A stretch of 64,000 nt of DNA from Cyanophyceae cyanobacterium (GCA_038321985.1 JBBQFN010000003.1:350097-414096), one strand, 5' to 3'; counted from the first letter of the stretch, positions 50,887-61,353 are shown. Notes: generated by a model from the letters alone, not told the origin. Program-made: numbers and translations.

Positions 50887-51249
50887 ATGAACTCCGAAAA
50901 AATGATTGCTGCTTTTCTAAAGATTTGGGAAACTAACCCTGAAAATATTTGGGAAACATCAGAAGCCATCGAAGGATTACAGAAACTTAACGATAGTTTA
51001 ATGGCCTGTCAAGACAAATCAGATGCCGATGTAGTTGAAGACTTGAAAAAGTGGTGTCGCCATTATCCAAAGCTGACGGAAAAGGTCATAGCAGAAGCCT
51101 TGGGGGAAAGGAAGCTAAAAGGTTCTGATAATGATTCCCCCAACACAGGGGACACGGCTTATATCAATCTCTATCCGAAAATTACCGAAATTCTGCGAAC
51201 TAGGGCTCCGAAAATGGGCAAAAAAGAGGATCAATCTCAATCAAGTTGA
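50887..51249 (+). CDS. Hypothetical protein directly downstream of CHAT gene
   Basis: 120 aa; AGGAG RBS; 33 bp after the CHAT stop. Confidence 0.75.
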   Translation: MNSEKMIAAFLKIWETNPENIWETSEAIEGLQKLNDSLMACQDKSDADVVEDLKKWCRHYPKLTEKVIAEALGERKLKGSDNDSPNTGDTAYINLYPKITEILRTRAPKMGKKEDQSQSS

Positions 51250-51254
51250 GAACG

Positions 51255-51563
51255 ATGGAAACTTTACCTCAGAACTGGTCAAAAATTCAATCTGATACTA
51301 TTTATCAGACTTCTAATGGTAGGAAAGTTTCTTTCGCTTCGGAACAAATACAACAGGGGATTAGATATGATGGGAACAACAAACACTTAAAAGCCATTAA
51401 CAAAGGGATTGTCCCTCCTCGGGGAAATATAGGCTTAGTTGCATCGGAAGTTGACGGGTACGACTGGAAATCAAAGGTATTAGGAAAAGGAGGCGATCGC
51501 AGATTTCATGGCAAAATGATTGATGATGTTTTGCACTTTCCTGGTTTTGACACAGAACATTAG
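51255..51563 (+). CDS. Hypothetical protein, possible RelE/BECR-like RNase toxin
   Basis: C-terminal half K-K-VLG..GDRRFHG....LHF...H ending in His; fold is a guess. Confidence 0.65.
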   Translation: METLPQNWSKIQSDTIYQTSNGRKVSFASEQIQQGIRYDGNNKHLKAINKGIVPPRGNIGLVASEVDGYDWKSKVLGKGGDRRFHGKMIDDVLHFPGFDTEH

Positions 51564-51580
51564 AAATCCATATCTATACT

Positions 51581-51952
51581 ATGACGATTTTAAAAAATCA
51601 TCCGGTTTGGGAAAATTTATCAGAGGTTGTTAAGGGTATTGATGCTAATGCTCTAGTTTTAGAGCATTTGGCATTATGTGATTATCAAATATCCGGTTAT
51701 TGGGATGAATGCGATCGCCTTTATGAAGAAATCATCTTACCGCGTCCTCTGTCGCCCCAATTAATCAGCAGCGGGGTGATTTTCACCGGAGATAAACGCC
51801 GCATTCAACTGAAATTTACCCTAAATCTCGAAACCGCTACCCCTCCGATTTCTATCGCCCAACTGATGTTAGTCTATGATGAAAACCTAGAATTTATTGA
51901 TGAAAATTGGCAAATTGACCTTAACTCGGAATCGATTAAAGTTCAAACGTAA
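51581..51952 (+). CDS. Hypothetical acidic protein, possible immunity/antitoxin
   Basis: 123 aa, 17 bp after previous gene; GYWDE and YDENLEFIDENW motifs. Confidence 0.7.
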   Translation: MTILKNHPVWENLSEVVKGIDANALVLEHLALCDYQISGYWDECDRLYEEIILPRPLSPQLISSGVIFTGDKRRIQLKFTLNLETATPPISIAQLMLVYDENLEFIDENWQIDLNSESIKVQT

Positions 51953-51985
51953 ACCCTCCAGTTTCGGCTATAACAAATCAACAAA

Positions 51986-52198
51986 ATGAAACATCAAAAA
52001 TTACCGGAGATTATAGAATTTATTAAAAATTGGTTTTAAACCCATTATTCTGAACAGGTTGTTCAAATTATTTTATATGGTTCTCAAGCTAGGCGGGAAG
52101 CTAAACCGGATTCAGATATTGACTTGCTGATTGTGATGAAATGCGCGTTTAATTACGCTGATGAAATTGAAAAAACCACTGAGTTTATTGGCGATCGC
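51986..52198 (+). pseudogene. MNT nucleotidyltransferase pseudogene (not in ORF track)
   Basis: MKHQKLPEIIEFIKNWF*THYSEQVVQIILYGSQARREAKPDSDIDLLIV; in-frame TAA at 52037; MNT-like sequence appears to end at HIP1 52191-52198. Confidence 0.82.
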
Positions 52199-52476
52199 AT
52201 CTCACGAAGAAGAGAGGTTGGACCAGCCTCTATACAGGCGCTGAAGCCGGAAAGAGTGACGCGCAAGTGGCGGTAAGCGGAGCTATCCCGTAGGGAATCG
52301 CCACGTCACGGAGACCCCACCCTAACCCTCCCCTTGCCAAAGGGAGGGGACCGGAAGTGATGTGATTAACTCTCAATTGGCGAAGGTCTTGTTCATTGAT
52401 GAACTGAATTAGGACCCTTCCCAATCCAGATGCGATCGCGTTAGAGTAAGCAGTTAAAGTTGCTAGATTTGAGGCC

Positions 52477-53724
52477 ATGTGGTCCCGCAAACGTTTTGAT
52501 ATCGATTATACCGATTTGATTTACGGATTGGGTGCTGCATTGAGTGTGCGAAACTCACAGCGTCAGGAGTTGCAAAATGAACTAGAAAAGTGGTGGCTTC
52601 AGGAATCAACCTCTGAGGCGATCGCCTGCTTGTCGGTCCGTTCGGGCTGGGATTTGCTGCTTCAGGGGTTGCAATTACCTCCAGGCAGTGAAGTGGCAAT
52701 GAGCGCCCTGACCATTCCAGATATGGTGACCCTTGTCCGCCATCAGGGTTTAATTCCGGTGCCGATTGACTTGGACCCGACAACGATGGCACCGGATCCG
52801 GCTAGTTTGGACCGGGTGATAAGCCCCCAAACTCGGGTGATTATTATCGCCCATTTGTTCGGATCTCGGGTGAATTTGGAGCCCATTTTAGCCCTGCGCG
52901 ATCGCTACGGCGCGATTTTAGTCGAAGATTGCGCCCAAGCGTTCACCCCGGGATTTCGGGGTCACCCGGATGCGGATGTGAGTTGTTTTAGTTTTGGCAG
53001 TATCAAGTTTGCGACCGCCTTAGGCGGGGCATTACTCCGGGTCCGGGACCCCAAACTGAGCAACCGTCTGCGGGAGATTCAATCGGCTTACCCGATCCAG
53101 GATTCCGGGAACTATACTACCCGCCTGCTGAAATATCTGGGCCTTAAAACCTTATCCAGTCGGGCTGGATTTTCCGCGTTTATCTGGATCTGTCGTCGGT
53201 TGGGAATTGACTACGATCTCGCCCTCAATCAATCGGTGAAGGGGTTTCCCAAGGATGAGTTAATCTGGCGTCTGCGCCACCAACCTTGTGCCCCGCTGTT
53301 AGCCTTACTCCGGCGTCGGTTACAGGGTTATAGCGAGGAACGGTTGAACGCACAAACTCAGCGGGGTCAACGGCTGGTCCAGCTTTTGCAAGACTATTGT
53401 CCCGAAATTAGGGTTCCAGGTAGCGCTGCTTTGCCCCATTTCCATTGGGTTATACCGATTTTGGTACAGGACCCGGTAAGGGCGATCGCCACCCTTGCGG
53501 CTGCGGGTTTTGACTCGACTCAGGGTAATAGTATGACGGTAGTGGAGCCACCGGCAACTCGCCCGGAATGGGAAGCGCTCAATACCCGGGAAATTTACAA
53601 CCATTTGCTCTATCTTCCTTGTTATCAAGCAATGGATGATCCGGCCCTAGCCGCTATGGCGCAGGCTTTGCGTCCCCTTTCTTCTCCACGGTGGGGAACT
53701 CATTCTACGATTAGTTTCGCGTAA
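52477..53724 (+). CDS. DegT/DnrJ/EryC1/StrS PLP-dependent aminotransferase-like protein
   Basis: IAHLFG, LVEDCAQAF, FSFGSIK (PLP Lys), ALGG. Confidence 0.85.
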   Translation: MWSRKRFDIDYTDLIYGLGAALSVRNSQRQELQNELEKWWLQESTSEAIACLSVRSGWDLLLQGLQLPPGSEVAMSALTIPDMVTLVRHQGLIPVPIDLDPTTMAPDPASLDRVISPQTRVIIIAHLFGSRVNLEPILALRDRYGAILVEDCAQAFTPGFRGHPDADVSCFSFGSIKFATALGGALLRVRDPKLSNRLREIQSAYPIQDSGNYTTRLLKYLGLKTLSSRAGFSAFIWICRRLGIDYDLALNQSVKGFPKDELIWRLRHQPCAPLLALLRRRLQGYSEERLNAQTQRGQRLVQLLQDYCPEIRVPGSAALPHFHWVIPILVQDPVRAIATLAAAGFDSTQGNSMTVVEPPATRPEWEALNTREIYNHLLYLPCYQAMDDPALAAMAQALRPLSSPRWGTHSTISFA

Positions 53725-53795
53725 AGGGTACTCTATTCTTAAATGCTGATTCCCCAATCGGGGAGATTTTACCTAATTGTAATCAACCCCTTGCT

Positions 53796-53921
53796 ATGGA
53801 CCCAAAAACCTGGTCGGTTCTGCGCTCTTTGTTCAGTATGTCATTATTTGTGTTTCTGGCAGTCGCCGTGGGATTATTAACCGCTAATTTTATTTTTGCT
53901 TTAGTAGAAAAGCTGGGATAA
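53796..53921 (+). CDS. Small single-TM protein, 41 aa (not in ORF track)
   Basis: MDPKTWSVLRSLFSMSLFVFLAVAVGLLTANFIFALVEKLG*. Confidence 0.5.
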   Translation: MDPKTWSVLRSLFSMSLFVFLAVAVGLLTANFIFALVEKLG

Positions 53922-53987
53922 TTATTTCTGAATCAAGAGATAGTTTATCTCAGACTGACTGGAAATCACGGAAAAAGGAGCTTAATC

Positions 53988-54275
53988 ATGGCGGATCTTA
54001 TCTCAGATCAAGTGAGCGATCGCATCTGCAAGCACATGAACGAAGATCATGCAGATTCAGTGCTGCTATATGCTCAAGTCTTTGGAGAGGTTCCCGATGC
54101 GACTTCGGCAACCCTGCTGGTAGTCGATCCTCTGGGGATGAACCTCACCGCCCAAGTCGGCGATCAAGCAATGCCGGTTCGGGTTACCTTTGACCATACC
54201 CTCGCCGATTCTGAAGACGCCCACCATACCTTAATTGCAATGGTGAAACAGGCGCGGCAAGCTAAACCGGCATAA
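53988..54275 (+). CDS. DUF2470 protein (heme-utilisation/GluTR-binding-like)
   Basis: RICKHMNEDHAD...VDPLGMNL...F...L..M; AAGGAG RBS. Confidence 0.88.
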   Translation: MADLISDQVSDRICKHMNEDHADSVLLYAQVFGEVPDATSATLLVVDPLGMNLTAQVGDQAMPVRVTFDHTLADSEDAHHTLIAMVKQARQAKPA

Positions 54276-54593
54276 AGAAAACGGGCTTATTGATTCTTCA
54301 CCCTAGACTGGACGCTCTAGGGTGGAGATAAAAAGCAAATAAAACTGGCCTGAAAAGACGGGGTTTCTATGAAATTCCGCTCTTTTCCGAAGAAAATATT
54401 TATTCATAAACTCAGCTTCTGGGTTAGGGTGAATTAGTTCTAAATATTCTTCTGTAATTTTAAGCGGGGTAAATTTATTAATCTAATATCTTGATGATTT
54501 AAAGACTCCTATCCTTTAATTTAAAAAAACTTCAAGCCGCCCCAATTCCGTTGCTTTTCTATATTTCTGTTACCTTTTACCCCGGTAAAGATT

Positions 54594-57518
54594 ATGACAT
54601 CCACATCAGCAAGAAAATGGTTTTGGTCCTTAAAGCGAAATGAGGTGACGGTTTTACAAATCATTTTAGTGGCGATCGCTTATTTCCTGATTGCGAGGCT
54701 AGCATTATCCTTTATCGCCCTTCCAGAAGGGGGAACCCCAGTCTGGCCCGGTTCCGGGCTGGCTTTAGCTGCCGTTTTATTACTGGGATACCGCGCTGGA
54801 ATAGGGGTATTAATCGGAAACATTATCGTCAATTTTTATGCCGTAGATTGGCTCCCGGATACGCTCTTTATGAGCTGTTGTTTTACCATAGGCAATACTT
54901 TAGAAACACTTTTTGCTGCTTATTTATCGCGTCAGTTTTTGAAGAATATAGGACTGTTTATCCAGGTTCGAGATGCCGTATATTTTGTAGTATTTGCTGG
55001 GTTAATTAGCCCAATATTTAGCGCGACTTTTGGAGTAACCGCTATTCTCCTAGTGGGTCGAATTTCCTGGGCTAGTTATATGGAAATTTGGTGGACTTGG
55101 TGGATTGGAGATGTGGGAGGAATTTTGGTTTTTGCTCCGGTTCTCTTAGTTTTTAGCCAGGGATTTGGAGAGTTCCGACAAAAAGTACAAAAGCGCTGGA
55201 TGGAAGGAGCAGTTTTTATTTTTATAACCCTTCTCATCTGTCAGATTACTTTTAGCAAAGGCTATCCCGTAGAATATATGCTGCTTCCTTTGTTAGTCTG
55301 GGCCGTATTTCGGTTTGGACAATGGGCGGCAACTTTATTATTAGTAATGGGTTCAACGATCGCCATTGTTGCCACTGCCAACGGTTTTGGGCCCTTTGTC
55401 CGTAATAGTCTTAATGGGAATGTTAATGATTCTTTAATCCTATTGCAGTCTTTTGTTGGGGTCTTTTCCCTGACGACGTTAATCCTGTCGGCGGTGATTT
55501 CTGAAAATGAACAAGCAAAACGTCGCTTGGAAACCGCCAATATTCAATTGCAGCACCTTGATCGACTCAAGGATGAATTTTTAGCAAATACATCCCACGA
55601 ATTAAGAACGCCTTTGAATGGAATTATTGGAATTGCCGACTCTCTCATTGATGGCGCAACTGGGGAATTATCCGTTCCAACTCGCGCCAATTTAGCTATG
55701 ATTTCTTCGAGTGGTCGTCGGTTATCGAATTTAGTCAATGATTTACTTGATTTTTCTAAACTTAAGCACAAAACTTTAGAATTACAACTCAAACCCATAG
55801 ACTTGCGATCGCTCATCGAAATTGTTTTTGCCCTAAGTTTACCCTTAGTGGGGAGAAAACAACTTGTATTAGTGAATGCAATCCCCTTGAATTTACCCGC
55901 TGTCAAAGCCGATGAAAATCGCCTCCAACAAATTTTACATAATTTGGTTGGAAATGCCATCAAGTTTACCGAAAGCGGAATAATAGAAATTTCCGCTAAG
56001 TGGCTGGATGAAGATAATATCATAAATGAAAGTCCCTCTTTTCCCCAGGTTGAAATTACTATTTCTGACACGGGTATCGGGATTGCCGAGGATAAATTAG
56101 AGCGAATTTTTGAATCTTTTGAACAAGCAGAAGGGTCTACGGCTAGACTGTACGGGGGGACAGGAGTTGGATTAGCGATCGCCAAAAAATTGGTAGAATT
56201 ACATGGCGGTCAAATTTGGGTCAAATCTCGCATTGAAGAAGGGTCAGAATTTACCTTTACTTTGCCACTTTCTTCCGAAGAAGCGGAAAAGCCTTCGGAA
56301 ACTTTGCCGCTACTCAAAGAATTTATTACCCCAAATTTTAACCCCGAACTCCTAAAAGCGCGTGAAATTACCTCTCAAAAAAGTTCGGCTAAAATCTTAA
56401 TTGTCGATGACGAACCGATTAACCTCCAGGTTTTAGTCAATATGCTTTCATTGCAAAACTATACTTTAATTCAAGCCAAAAATGGGATAGAAGCCTTAGA
56501 AATTCTCACCAATGGGTTTAAACCCGACCTAGTTTTGCTGGATGTGATGATGCCGAAAATGACTGGGTATGAAGTCACCAAAAAAATCCGTGAAACCTGG
56601 CAAGCAACGGAACTTCCCGTATTATTATTAACGGCTAAAAATCAGTTGTCTGATTTAGTAACAGGCTTTGAATCGGGGGCAAATGACTATCTCAGGAAAC
56701 CTGTTGAAAAGGACGAATTATTAGCCCGAATCAAAACTCATTTAAATTTACTCCGCTTAAAAAGCGAAAATCTGCGCTTGGTAGCTGAATTAGATGTGAC
56801 CCGTCAGCAACAACAAATGCTATTACCCAGTCCTGAAGAACTTCAATTAATTGAAGATTTAGAGATTGCGGCATTTATGGAACCGGCAACCGAAGTGGGG
56901 GGAGACTACTACGATGTCATCCAGCATCAGAATGGGGTAAAAATTGGCATTGGAGATGTCACGGGACATGGATTAGAAAGCGGGGTCTTAATGATTATGG
57001 TGCAGATGGCAGTCCGCACCCTCCTCCAAAGTAATCTCCGCAATCCGGTGCAATTTTTAACTCTGCTCAATTTGGCCGTGTATGGAAATTTGCAACGGAT
57101 GAAATCAGAAAAAAATATGTCTTTGCTGTTACTAGATTATCAGAAAGGGCAAGTGGTTGCAAGTGGACAACATGAAGATATTATCCTGGTGCGATCGGGG
57201 GGTAAAGTCGAGTTAATAGATACCGTTGATTTAGGTTTTCCCATCGGGTTAGTAGAAGATATTGGAGATTTTGTAGCGGAAACAGTGATTGAATTAAACC
57301 CTGGAGATGTGGTAATCGTCTATACCGATGGCATTACAGAAGCCGAAAATGTGGAGGGGGTACAATATGGGTTACACCGCCTCACGGAACTTGCCAGTCA
57401 GCAAGGGGAGCAGTCTGCTACAAAAATTGTGGAGGTAATTTTAAATGATGTGCGCCACTTTATCGGGGAACAAAAGGTTTATGATGATATTACTTTGTTG
57501 GTCCTCAAACAAAAATAA
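54594..57518 (+). CDS. Hybrid sensor: MASE1, HisKA, HATPase, REC, SpoIIE/PP2C phosphatase
   Basis: PVWPGSGLALA...WWIGDVGG...PLLVWAVFRFG (MASE1); ANTSHELRTPLNG; LLDVMMP; GGDYYD, YTDGITEA, DDITL. Confidence 0.93.
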   Translation: MTSTSARKWFWSLKRNEVTVLQIILVAIAYFLIARLALSFIALPEGGTPVWPGSGLALAAVLLLGYRAGIGVLIGNIIVNFYAVDWLPDTLFMSCCFTIGNTLETLFAAYLSRQFLKNIGLFIQVRDAVYFVVFAGLISPIFSATFGVTAILLVGRISWASYMEIWWTWWIGDVGGILVFAPVLLVFSQGFGEFRQKVQKRWMEGAVFIFITLLICQITFSKGYPVEYMLLPLLVWAVFRFGQWAATLLLVMGSTIAIVATANGFGPFVRNSLNGNVNDSLILLQSFVGVFSLTTLILSAVISENEQAKRRLETANIQLQHLDRLKDEFLANTSHELRTPLNGIIGIADSLIDGATGELSVPTRANLAMISSSGRRLSNLVNDLLDFSKLKHKTLELQLKPIDLRSLIEIVFALSLPLVGRKQLVLVNAIPLNLPAVKADENRLQQILHNLVGNAIKFTESGIIEISAKWLDEDNIINESPSFPQVEITISDTGIGIAEDKLERIFESFEQAEGSTARLYGGTGVGLAIAKKLVELHGGQIWVKSRIEEGSEFTFTLPLSSEEAEKPSETLPLLKEFITPNFNPELLKAREITSQKSSAKILIVDDEPINLQVLVNMLSLQNYTLIQAKNGIEALEILTNGFKPDLVLLDVMMPKMTGYEVTKKIRETWQATELPVLLLTAKNQLSDLVTGFESGANDYLRKPVEKDELLARIKTHLNLLRLKSENLRLVAELDVTRQQQQMLLPSPEELQLIEDLEIAAFMEPATEVGGDYYDVIQHQNGVKIGIGDVTGHGLESGVLMIMVQMAVRTLLQSNLRNPVQFLTLLNLAVYGNLQRMKSEKNMSLLLLDYQKGQVVASGQHEDIILVRSGGKVELIDTVDLGFPIGLVEDIGDFVAETVIELNPGDVVIVYTDGITEAENVEGVQYGLHRLTELASQQGEQSATKIVEVILNDVRHFIGEQKVYDDITLLVLKQK

Positions 57519-57524
57519 TAAAAA

Positions 57525-58907
57525 TCATTTACCAATGCAAAACCGGCTAAAAATTCGGTCTAAGACAGATTCCGTGACCTCTTCTCCGGTAATTTCACCT
57601 AATGCTTGAATCGCCCCCCGTAGGTCGATTGTCCAAAAATCTAAGGGTAACTTTTGGTCAACGGTAAATTGTACTTGTTCTAGAGCAATTTGAGCGCGGG
57701 TTAAGGCAGCTGCTTGGCGTTGGTTAATGGCAAAATCTAGATTTTCCGCTTGCAAGTTTCCTGCATGAACTGCGTCTAAAATTGCCGATTCCAGGGCGTC
57801 GATGCCTTGCTGATGGGCGGCAGAAGTTTTGACAGTCCCCCGAATATTTTCCAGGGGAGGGAGTAGGGGAATTTTTTCCACTAAATCGATTTTATTAAAA
57901 ATAACGACGATGGGTTTGTCTTGAACTTGTTGATAAATCTCGTCATCATCGGCAGTCCACCCGGCTTGTGCATCTAAGGTTAATAGAACTAAATCCGCAG
58001 AACGTGCAGCCTGTCGCGATCGCTCAACGCCGATTTTTTCCACGGTGTCTTCTGTGGCGCGAATGCCTGCGGTATCTAACACTTGCACGGGAATTCCCTG
58101 AACCACTAACTGAGATTCAACTACATCGCGGGTGGTCCCGGGAAGGTTGGTAACAATGGCGCGATCGCTGCGACTCCAGGCATTCAATAAACTAGATTTT
58201 CCCACATTTGGACGTCCGACAATGGCAACTTTCAGCCCCATTCTTAACAGTTCCCCTTGACTGGCGGTTCCTAAAATTTGGGAGACTTCTTTGATAATTT
58301 CCTGAATTTTTTGGATAACTTCTGGTTCATTCAAAGGGGGTAAATCTTCTTCAAAATCGATGCGGGCTTCAATTTCGGCCAGGATATCCAAACATTCCGT
58401 GCGTAATTGTCGAATGGGATTGGCTAATTTGCCTTGCAATCCAGCTAAAGCAGCTTGAGAAGCAGCAGGGGATTGCGCGCCTACTAAGTCGGCTACACTC
58501 TCGGCTTGGGTTAAGTCTAATCGCCCATTTAAAAATGCGCGTAGGGTAAATTCTCCCGGTTGTGCTAATCTTGCACCGAGTTCTAAACAGAGTTGCAATA
58601 CTTGCTGTACTGGCATGATGCCACCGTGACAGTGAAACTCGACGACATCCTCACGAGTAAAGGACCGGGGGGATTTCATCAGCAGTAACAGTGCTTCGTC
58701 TACCATTTGCTGAGTCTGGGGGTTGCGAATTGAACCGTATAGGATGCGGTGTGTTTCCCAGGGTTGAGACCCCGGCGCGTGAAAAAGGTTTTGGGCGATC
58801 GCAACTGCCCGGGATCCCGATAGGCGCACAATTCCGATACTCCCTTGCTGTGGCACGATCGCCGTGGCGATCGCCGCAATCGTCTCCCGTTGAGTCACCC
58901 GATCCAT
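57525..58907 (-). CDS. mnmE: tRNA modification GTPase MnmE
   Basis: [53 protein letters not shown]. Confidence 0.98.
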   Translation of the reverse strand: MDRVTQRETIAAIATAIVPQQGSIGIVRLSGSRAVAIAQNLFHAPGSQPWETHRILYGSIRNPQTQQMVDEALLLLMKSPRSFTREDVVEFHCHGGIMPVQQVLQLCLELGARLAQPGEFTLRAFLNGRLDLTQAESVADLVGAQSPAASQAALAGLQGKLANPIRQLRTECLDILAEIEARIDFEEDLPPLNEPEVIQKIQEIIKEVSQILGTASQGELLRMGLKVAIVGRPNVGKSSLLNAWSRSDRAIVTNLPGTTRDVVESQLVVQGIPVQVLDTAGIRATEDTVEKIGVERSRQAARSADLVLLTLDAQAGWTADDDEIYQQVQDKPIVVIFNKIDLVEKIPLLPPLENIRGTVKTSAAHQQGIDALESAILDAVHAGNLQAENLDFAINQRQAAALTRAQIALEQVQFTVDQKLPLDFWTIDLRGAIQALGEITGEEVTESVLDRIFSRFCIGK

Positions 58908-59079
58908 GATTTCCCACCTTATGGCTACTGCTTTATTATCCCTCGCGATCGTCAATATCATCCCCAGCAAAAGAAAATTCGTGTAAGATATTATTCAGAA
59001 TCTCAAGTTAACAAGTCACTATTAACGCGGTCAGAGGGCATCTAATTCCACCACTGAATCGGTTATTATAAGTAGCATA

Positions 59080-59649
59080 ATGTTAAATAAACCCTCTTTG
59101 CCCGTCAACTCCCGGAGAACCAAAATAAACCGCTTTCGTTCTGCTTCTCTATTTTCCAAGCACCGCTCCCTCCGGAGTCGATTGCAGCGTTTTTGTCGCT
59201 ACTCCTACTTGCGGTTAGTGCGTCAAAAAGGCAGTCCGGAATTTCTGGCTAGAGGCTTGGCAGCCGGGGTATTTGCGGGGTTGTTTCCTTTGTTTGGGCT
59301 ACAAACTATTCTCGGTGTAGCCTTGGCGATTGGGTTTCGAGGCAATAAATTGATGGCAGCTGCCGGAACCTGGGTCAGCAATCCGTTAACCTACGGACCG
59401 ATATTTTGGCTCAATTTTCAGGTGGGTCAATGGTTGCTTCGATCTCACGAAGTTTTTGAATTTGAGCGCCTCAAGTCCACTCGGGCTTTACTTGAAGTTG
59501 GGGCGGATTTTTTAACCACTTTATTGGTGGGCTGTCTGGTTATGGCAACTATGAGCGCATTTTTAAGTTATTTTTTGGGGATTAAACTAATTGGACGCTG
59601 GCTTGTCCTTAACCGTCGTTGGCGTCGGAAACATCATTTGCGGCGCTAA
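59080..59649 (+). CDS. DUF2062 membrane protein
   Basis: SPEFLARGLAAGVFAGLFP..GLQT...WVSNPLT. Confidence 0.85.
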   Translation: MLNKPSLPVNSRRTKINRFRSASLFSKHRSLRSRLQRFCRYSYLRLVRQKGSPEFLARGLAAGVFAGLFPLFGLQTILGVALAIGFRGNKLMAAAGTWVSNPLTYGPIFWLNFQVGQWLLRSHEVFEFERLKSTRALLEVGADFLTTLLVGCLVMATMSAFLSYFLGIKLIGRWLVLNRRWRRKHHLRR

Positions 59650-59760
59650 TTTTAGTCTCTTATCAAACATCCTCCTCAATAGCCAAAAAAGCCCCCTTAA
59701 TTTTGCTGAAATTAGCAGAAACCGATGGGTTTTTAAACGGGACTTAAATCCCGTTTTCTA

Positions 59761-61353
59761 TTACGGAACTTGCCAAATGTTAAGCCTATCACCGCCCAAA
59801 ATGAGAGTTCGATCGCCACTTAAAACTAAGGTTCTAGCCGAACCATCGATCTCCCGGAGGAGATTTCCCTGTGGAAGCCCCCAGATTTTTGTACCATCGT
59901 TACTCGTAGAAACGATCGCTGTTCCTTCCGGGGTAAAGGCTAGATTGTAAACATAGCATAAATCACAATGCCCTTCTATGGTGAGCTTGCGGATCCCGCG
60001 ATCCATGTCCCAGAGGCGAAACTGTTGATACGTTCCCCCGGCAACGGTTTTCCCATCGGGACTGATGGCGACAGATTCCACAATAAATCCAGGGTCTCCC
60101 GCTTCCAGGGTATGCACTAAGTTTCCATTTAGCAAATTCCACACTTTCACCGTATTATCGAGATGACCACTTGCTAATGTGCGACTGTCAGGGCTAATGG
60201 CGATCGCATTAGCATCGAAAGACCCCTCCAGAGTCAGGGTCAACCGTCCGGTTTTTAAATCCCACAGTTCAACTCCTCTATTACTGGCAGTGATTAAGGT
60301 TTCCCCATTTTGAGTAATAGCAACCGAGGGGATTGAATTGGAGAGATCGGGACGCGATCTCGTGATGGTATTGGCAATTTGCCCGGTTCGCAAATTCCAG
60401 ATGATTGCCCGACCCTGTTCGTCCCCACTCACTAAGATCTGTTTATCGGGACTAATGGCTAAGGAATTCACCTCCGCGTTATGTCCCGATAGGGTATATA
60501 ATAATTGACTCGACTGCCAATCCCATAACTGGATTGCATTATATCCGCCATCGGTTGCCAGGAGACTGCCATCGGTACTCAAGGAGAGTGCCCGAGGTTG
60601 GGTTCCGGATTGGATAATATTAGAAAGGATAGGACCCCGCCATCCCAAATTTAATCCGACTGTCGGCGCTAATTTCAAAAAATTACTGACGGCGATCGCC
60701 GAGTTTACCGTCGGAGATTGGGCATTAAACCGCCCTTGAATGCCAATTAACCGCCCCCATTGGTCCAACACCGGACCCCCACTCCCGGAGGATTGTAAGG
60801 CGCTATTATACACCAAATCATATCCTTGGGCTAGATTAGTTCCCGCCGAAGACACTAAATTTGCAGCAGCAAATAGAGTGGTTTGAGGTTGGGTGGCAAC
60901 GGTGAGATAAATTTGAGAAGCTGAGGGTTCGGCCAACTGTGCCACGGGATAAGTTTCCGAACTGGTAAACTGTAGTACAGCCAAATCGACCAAAGGCAGA
61001 CGCTTTACCCCGTCAGGATTAACCCGATAGCGCCGCCCATCAGCGGTTACCACCTCATATACCCGATCACTCGATGCAATTGTCTTCGTCGTCAGGACTG
61101 TATAAAGGTTACCCTGACGATCAACGATGGCCCCAGAACCCGATGTTGAACCCGAAATAAACACCGTCATTCCTTTAGCGATCGCCGTCAAATCAGCGAT
61201 CGCCAGAGGCGGATTAAACAGAGTCGAATCTGCGGCAGTCGCCGCAGAGGAGAAACCCGACTCCAACCGGAGGGATAAGGAGAGATAACCCCCTAACATC
61301 GCCGTGATCGCTGTTCCCACCCCGATTGCTGTAACTTTTGCTAATGCACCCAT
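59761..61353 (-). CDS. Exported degenerate trypsin-like domain + WD40 repeat protein
   Basis: GSGAIV, VLTTKTIA (His absent), DLAVLQF, SGSGGPVLDQWGRLIGI; ~7 WD40 repeats. Confidence 0.85.
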   Translation of the reverse strand: MGALAKVTAIGVGTAITAMLGGYLSLSLRLESGFSSAATAADSTLFNPPLAIADLTAIAKGMTVFISGSTSGSGAIVDRQGNLYTVLTTKTIASSDRVYEVVTADGRRYRVNPDGVKRLPLVDLAVLQFTSSETYPVAQLAEPSASQIYLTVATQPQTTLFAAANLVSSAGTNLAQGYDLVYNSALQSSGSGGPVLDQWGRLIGIQGRFNAQSPTVNSAIAVSNFLKLAPTVGLNLGWRGPILSNIIQSGTQPRALSLSTDGSLLATDGGYNAIQLWDWQSSQLLYTLSGHNAEVNSLAISPDKQILVSGDEQGRAIIWNLRTGQIANTITRSRPDLSNSIPSVAITQNGETLITASNRGVELWDLKTGRLTLTLEGSFDANAIAISPDSRTLASGHLDNTVKVWNLLNGNLVHTLEAGDPGFIVESVAISPDGKTVAGGTYQQFRLWDMDRGIRKLTIEGHCDLCYVYNLAFTPEGTAIVSTSNDGTKIWGLPQGNLLREIDGSARTLVLSGDRTLILGGDRLNIWQVP

